Origin: Eledone cirrhosa
Taxonomy: Eukaryota
Direction: 5' to 3'
Length of the DNA: 64,000 bases
Assembly (NCBI GenBank): GCA_964016885.1
Contig: OZ024741.1
Span: 369,954,001-370,018,000 of the forward strand
Position 1 is the stretch's first letter, and every line of letters begins with the position of its first letter. Of this stretch, positions 57,951 through 64,000 are shown one piece after another. Below the pieces are notes generated by a model. The model was given only the letters and a program-made list of their open reading frames with translations, searched no databases and was not told the DNA's origin. The position numbers and the translations under genes are program-made.

Positions 57951-59276
57951 AGAATGAGAAATATGATAGATTGAGGGATGGAATTGGAAAAAAATGTCTT
58001 TAAATAAAAATAACAGGTCCATTTATGTTGACATAGGATTGGCTGTGTAGTTGCTAGTTAAGGTAGCTTAAAATGGAGTAAGAATAAGAAGAAAGCAAGA
58101 ACGGAATAACGGGGGTGGTATTTCTTCATCAACTGTCTACTGGGGCTCTCGGATATTTCAACGCTTTAAAGACAAGACCCAGAACGTTCAATAACTGAGT
58201 AATTTATTCGGCAAACGGAGGAGGGAGGGAAAATAGAAGGGAAAAGGGAAGAAAAGAGAAAACAGCGAAAAAAACAACAAACCGAGCAATGTGCGAGCAA
58301 CTTAAGGTAAGAAAATTCAAGACCACAGCGATAACAGAACTTAAGTTCAAGAGCGTGTGGGCGAACGAAAAGACACGTCTGACCCCAGCGAGTGTAAGTG
58401 AGAAAAGGACTGCTAGAGGGTCAGACGAGGGAAACAATGAGGTGGCAGGCAGAGAGAGAATGAGTGAAAGTGAGAGGGAGAAAGGGAGACCCCAGCGAGT
58501 GTAACGCCTGACCCTCTAGCAATCCTTTTCTCTCTTGCACTCGCTGGGATCAGACAATTTTTTGGGGGAAAATAATTTCTAATTTTGACACATCGTAGTC
58601 GTTCGCGAATGATCATGGTTTTTCACCTAGAAAGTTCCCCTCCGAGACACAAGACCAATAATCTTCCATGCATGCCAGTCTCCTCTCTCCACACCACCGA
58701 TGTTGTTCAAGGGAAAGGCAATGGCTGATACAACTTGGCACCAGTGATGTCGCAACTCATTACTACAGTTGAGTGGACTGGAGCAACATGAAATGAAGTG
58801 CATTGCTCAAGAACACAATGCACCACCTGGTCCCCGATTCGAACACACAACCTTACGATTCTGGGCTCAGTACTCTAACCACTAAGCCACAATGGGGAAG
58901 GGAGAATCCATTACACTGACCTCTAACACATGACTCGTACTTTATTTTCTCGACCACGGAAGGATGCAAGCAAAGTTAACTTTAGTGGGATTTGATCTCA
59001 GAATGTAAAGAGCTGGAAGAAATACTTCAAAGCATTTTTTCAATCTTGGAAAAGAATAATTACGAAAACATATTAAATATATAATTTGAAACGCATCGTT
59101 TATATTCAATATATTGTGTATGTATGTGTTTGCCTGTGTGTATTTTCTTGCTTTTATCCCGTAATGTTTTAGTTCGGAAAATTGAGAGCGATAAAATAAG
59201 TAATGTATGACAGCAGCTAAGTCGAATGACTGAAATCAAACTAGTGACAGATCTAATTTATTATTATTGGTAATTT

Positions 59277-59470
59277 AAGGACGCCATGCTTTGCAGCATA
59301 GAGTTACGGCCCTTTATGATCCGAGTTCAAATCCCACCGATGTTAACTTTGCTTTTATCCTTACGGGGTCGACAAAATAAAGTACCAGTTACGCACTGGG
59401 GTCGATTTAATCGACTTTCCCCACCCCCAAAATTGCTGGCCTTGTGCCTATATCAGAAATCATTATTATT
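59277..59470 (+). mobile_element. Meta-like SINE with 16-bp target-site duplication (further copies 40298-40470 -, 58900-59035 -, 59826-60000 +)
   Basis: TTATTATTGGTAATTT at 59261 and 59463. Confidence 0.8.
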
Positions 59471-59479
59471 GGTAATTTT

Positions 59480-59813
59480 TTTTCTTGTAGTGTCAGTCAC
59501 TGATGTTATTTATTTGGAAAGCCGCTACCTGCAGCCTTAGATATTCTGGACGTATCGAAGGGTTCTTGCTGTTCCCTGCAAGCATGCCTTTTGAAGTGCT
59601 CCAAAAAAGGGGGCTGGACTAATGCTCTTTAACCATCCTTGAAAACTCTTAGAGATAGTGCCTAGTGTTCCTATGACAATCGGGGTGACCTTGATCTCAT
59701 GTCAATCCCAAATCCCTTTTAATTCCCACTTTAAATCCTGGTATCGGTTAATCTTCTCCTTCTCCTTTTCTTGCACTCTTGTGTAAAAGGGGCAGACTAC
59801 ATCTACAATCAGG
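59480..59813 (-). mobile_element. R4/Dong-like 3' fragment
   Basis: Minus-strand LIVDVVCPF.TRVQEKEKEKINRYQDLKWELK.IW...IKVTPIVIGTLG..LQKACL; homologous to 31125-31455. Confidence 0.82.
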
Positions 59814-60059
59814 TATTATTATTTGGGGATTGGCAGTATCAGTAGAGGGTCGGACGCATAGAGTTACGTCCCTTTACGGTCTGAGTTCAAATCTCGCCGA
59901 GATTAACTTTGCCTTTCATCCTTACGGGGTCCATAAAATAAAGTACCAGTAATACACTGGCATAATTGCTGGCCTTGTGACAAAAATACAAATAACTATT
60001 TTATTAATATTCTTTATTGTATGTTTTTGGTACTAAAACATCACTGCACTTCACCACTT

Positions 60060-60400
60060 TAAATCATAGACAGCGTACAATTTGAAGAGTTCTCGCCTGC
60101 GTTCCAAAGGTTAGATCTCAATATGACTGAGGATCTCTCATTGCGAGCTCACATCCTAAACATAGATAGAACTGCATCTAACATACTGGTTCTTCTCTTC
60201 AGAGTCAGAAAATACTTCAGCTCCAAACAAATTCTGATCCTCTACAATGTTCAAGTAGGTGCCACAATAGAGTAGTGATTTCAAGTCGGGAGAGACACTG
60301 TTGCCAAACATACATTCTAGACTACATCCACAAAAAGGTCACTGACAGACATTCTCCAACCTCTCCCCCACATATCTACCGCTACTGCAAGAGCTGGCTG
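60060..60400 (+). mobile_element. Old CR1/Jockey-group LINE fragment
   Basis: LFRVRKYFSSKQILILYNVQV.ATIE resembles the post-RT L..LYK..VRP..EY region. Confidence 0.5.
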
Positions 60401-61151
60401 TCTGTCTGACCTAATGCCACTTTCACACAAGCAATCCCATCTCATTCGTATTTCCTCCTCTTAGCATTCATATTGTGTACAAAACCCAGACCTCGCTCTC
60501 ACCCCTGCGCCCTATCCTTCCTCTACAGAAAGCCATTTTTCTGGAGTCTGCATAGGTCTTAGGTACAGTCCTTTCCTCCAAAATAAGCCCGGCCACACGC
60601 GAAAAAAGGACGCGAAAATTTCTAATTGGAAGTGAATTAAAAGTAATATGTATTGAATATCGTTTAACGTATATATATATATATATATATATATATACCC
60701 GGACCCCTGGAGTGATGGTAAGATCCAGTATTTGGGTTTCTGCGGCTCCATAAGCCATTTACTGTCCGCTTACGTAAAGGATGTTAGGCTTCTGGTAGGG
60801 TGACCGAACTAGGAGGACGCGTTGTCAACGGGATTCAGTTCGATAGTCTACATAAATGTGTCTGTTACTGACCCCACGTGGAGTTCAGCAAGGGAGGCAA
60901 CACCTGTATTAGGCGAATGAATTCAGTTGTGTATAATATTGCGAAAATACAAAATATCACAAATCGAATAAAGCTCTCGACAGATATATATATATATATC
61001 GAGTGAGTTCTGTCGGCCAGGTGTACCGAAAACGATAAGTTGTAATAAAATGAAAACGAAATTTCATTTCTCACTCTTAGTACGGCACTTACTTAAATGT
61101 AAGTATGTATGTATACGTACATACATATATGTATACAGATGTACAGTAGCA

Positions 61152-61191
<40 letters not shown>

Positions 61192-61197
61192 CAGAAG

Positions 61198-61232
<35 letters not shown>

Positions 61233-62359
61233 GGCAGAAGGGTATACGGTGCTGATGATACCTAACAAGCTTGAAACTAGTACATCGTTCCTGTGTCAGT
61301 GTTGAACAAAAAGGTGACGTGGTTGTCTTAACACCGTACGGCATAAATTCAGGCTGTTCAGTTTGTTTACAAACGAACAAAGCGGGCGTTATAATAAGCG
61401 TCCGCTAAACTGATACGTACATTGGTGGAGAGCCGTTTGTGAATAAGAGAATGAGAGTCAGACAGACAGACTACGCACGGTAGTATATATAAATAAATAC
61501 AATCAACCGGAAATCAAAAAACCAAAACAAAAGTAGGTGTCGCATGCAGTTAAGTAAAAAATTTAGGAAACAAACCCGGATAAATGACTAGAAAACCCTA
61601 TTAAATTATTAATATTGAAAGTAAATAAAATACATAATAAGTCCATACAAATTTAGCTATGGTTTAAGTAATCAAAATCCCCTAATTTAAATATATCACT
61701 ATAAAAATATATCTGGAAAAAATGAAATATTCAACTATCAGTTGAATAACGTTATCTAATAAACAGGCTTTAAATAGAATTATGGTAGGCCAATGGGGAC
61801 AGAAACAAGAAATGTATGGAGGATATGAAAGAGCATAAAATCATAATCAACATACTGTATTGTACAATAGAAAGGAGCATAAAAGGGAATTGGATATAAT
61901 TATAGTATATTTGAAGGGGCGAGTGACAAGTAAGTATGTGTGTGCGTGGGGGGGGGGGGGTTAGTTATTCAAAGAAGAAACCAAATAAAATAAAATAGAT
62001 TAAAATAAAATATATAATCAGATATAAACTCATAAGGTGTTAATAGTGAAAATATAAAATTTAAGAAGATAGAAATGGTATGGTACCCAAAAGATTATGA
62101 AAGCTATAATGAAAAGATGTCAAAAGCCAATGATAAAAATGATGATAATGATGGTGGTAAACATAATAAAGCTTAACTAAAAGGTAAGGTAATGTAGCAG
62201 CTAATGGATACAATTTACACTTCTAGAACTTTTAGGTTTATAATAAAAGTAAGAATTTGAAATGGCGTGGGGGCAAGAAGAGAATATCTCTGACTTTCTA
62301 TTAAGTAAGGTTTCCCTAAAGAAAATACTCTAAATAAATATATATATATATATATATAT

Positions 62360-62610
62360 ATTTGTGTATAGTGGTAGCTATGGTGCTTCCGTAGTCGTGG
62401 AGTAAAAACAGCCAATGGCATGACAAGAGTGGATAGAGTGTTTTTTGAGAGATAAAATTTGCTCCGTACATAACACCCGTGTCTGAAACAACCCGCAGAA
62501 GTAGAATCAGCCAGATCCATACAAGGACCATGACCCGAGCTACCTGCCGGCGAAACATTTGTAACACGAAATAAACTAAGTCCAGATGCATCACTGATTT
62601 TTCGTTTTCT

Positions 62611-62615
<5 letters not shown>
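62360..62615. mobile_element. Family H head-to-head insertion with degenerate long-stem-II HHR (62478-62568)
   Basis: CGUGU CUGAAAC...GAAAC AUUU GUA ACACG; left arm resembles the reverse complement of 18290-18370. Confidence 0.7.
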
Positions 62616-62648
<33 letters not shown>

Positions 62649-63577
62649 CTCTGAAATAGCGGTGTATACATGAATGTATGTATAGTATATTTGGCAATAT
62701 ACCGTATGTTTTAGAAGACCATACGCTATCAGTTTTAAAGTAGTGACTATGTCACCTACGTCATCTATAAGAATCCACGTGTAAACGAGAATATTTGCTA
62801 CGGCGTGTCAATCCCCGCCGCACAAACATACATATGTACATACCTACATACATATACATATTTTGTGTTTATACATGAAATAACTTACACGAAGTATAGT
62901 CTAAATGACAACCAACTGCGGACTATAGAAAATACTCCAAATTTTAAAAGAGAATGGGGAGGGAAAGAGTGAGAGAATGAGAGATGATAAAAGGAAGGAG
63001 AAAAAACAAAATGGTGGAAAGAGAGTGTGTGTCTGGCAATATTGATTGTCTTTTTTAAACAATGTGATTAATATTGTTCGCCCGTTTTGAAGCTGCAGCA
63101 AGAGGAAAATTGACGTGAGCATAAGTATCTTTTACTTTAAATTTATTTTTCTCACGTCTCCCCTTGTTTTGAATATATGTATCTAAATCTATTAAAGACG
63201 TCTATCATTTTTTTTTCAATTTACAGGGAAATTTGTATAGTTTGGCATGCCTCCAAATCAGATTTGTGTATATATTTATACACGTTGATGCAGTTTCGGT
63301 TACACACTTTGTATTTATACAGATATAACTTCACTATGTCAACCTATGGACTGGAGTTGATCTTTGCTCTTTAAACTCTGCTGTTGGTGATCGAACTCTG
63401 ATCACCATATCACCAAAATATCTCATGCTGATGCTCCGTCTGCAACTGGCAGAGTTTAGTGTCAAAGTAGTAGTAGTAGTAACTTCATTATATATTTCGG
63501 TTGCTAGTGCACTTCTCACTACACACACACACACACACATTTATATATATATATATATACATACATATATATATATG

Positions 63578-63642
<65 letters not shown>

Positions 63643-63655
63643 GTATATATATATG

Positions 63656-63769
<114 letters not shown>

Positions 63770-64000
63770 CTATATATATATATATATATATACAAAAAGA
63801 AAGTTATGAAACGAAAGGAGGTGTGTGGTTACTAAAAACAAGGCTTAGGACGGGGGTTAGGACGGAATAGGAGGAGAAAGGAAGAAAGGAGTTTCCATCG
63901 TCAGCTGTAAATGTTTCCCGAACCGATGTTTCGGCGCTGAATTACAGGACATCGGTGTAGTTCGGGTGCGCCTGAGGCCTTTTATTAATCAAAAGGCTAG

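Overview
Eukaryotic, very AT-rich, repeat-saturated DNA with no host gene that I can support. The SINE types (a Meta-domain-like and a CORE-like tRNA-derived family) and the extreme (TA)n/(CA)n density suggest a cephalopod, probably Octopus; this is inference. Almost all long ORFs in the track are microsatellite artefacts. The real coding remnants are decayed retroelements: two Penelope-like elements (PLEs; Nematis-like 44991-47920, Neptune-like 52700-54693), R4/Dong-like, RTE, Tx1/L1-like and CR1-group LINE fragments. There is also an internally deleted mariner and several Helitron ends. The most striking signal is a dense set of more than 12 different short (0.1-0.9 kb) elements embedded in (TA)n tracts. 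Most carry a type I hammerhead ribozyme (HHR) or part of one. Many are head-to-head fold-backs whose 3' ends both run into (TA)n and whose turn-point lies at or inside the ribozyme. Some are tandem (173, 455, 544 bp units), like retrozymes. The HHRs include unusual variants: a U3-A8 compensatory core, a CAGAAGA core, a stem-II-less minizyme, 60-100 nt stem II insertions, and palindromic stem III. All calls were made by eye with no database search; boundaries are approximate and family letters are my own labels.
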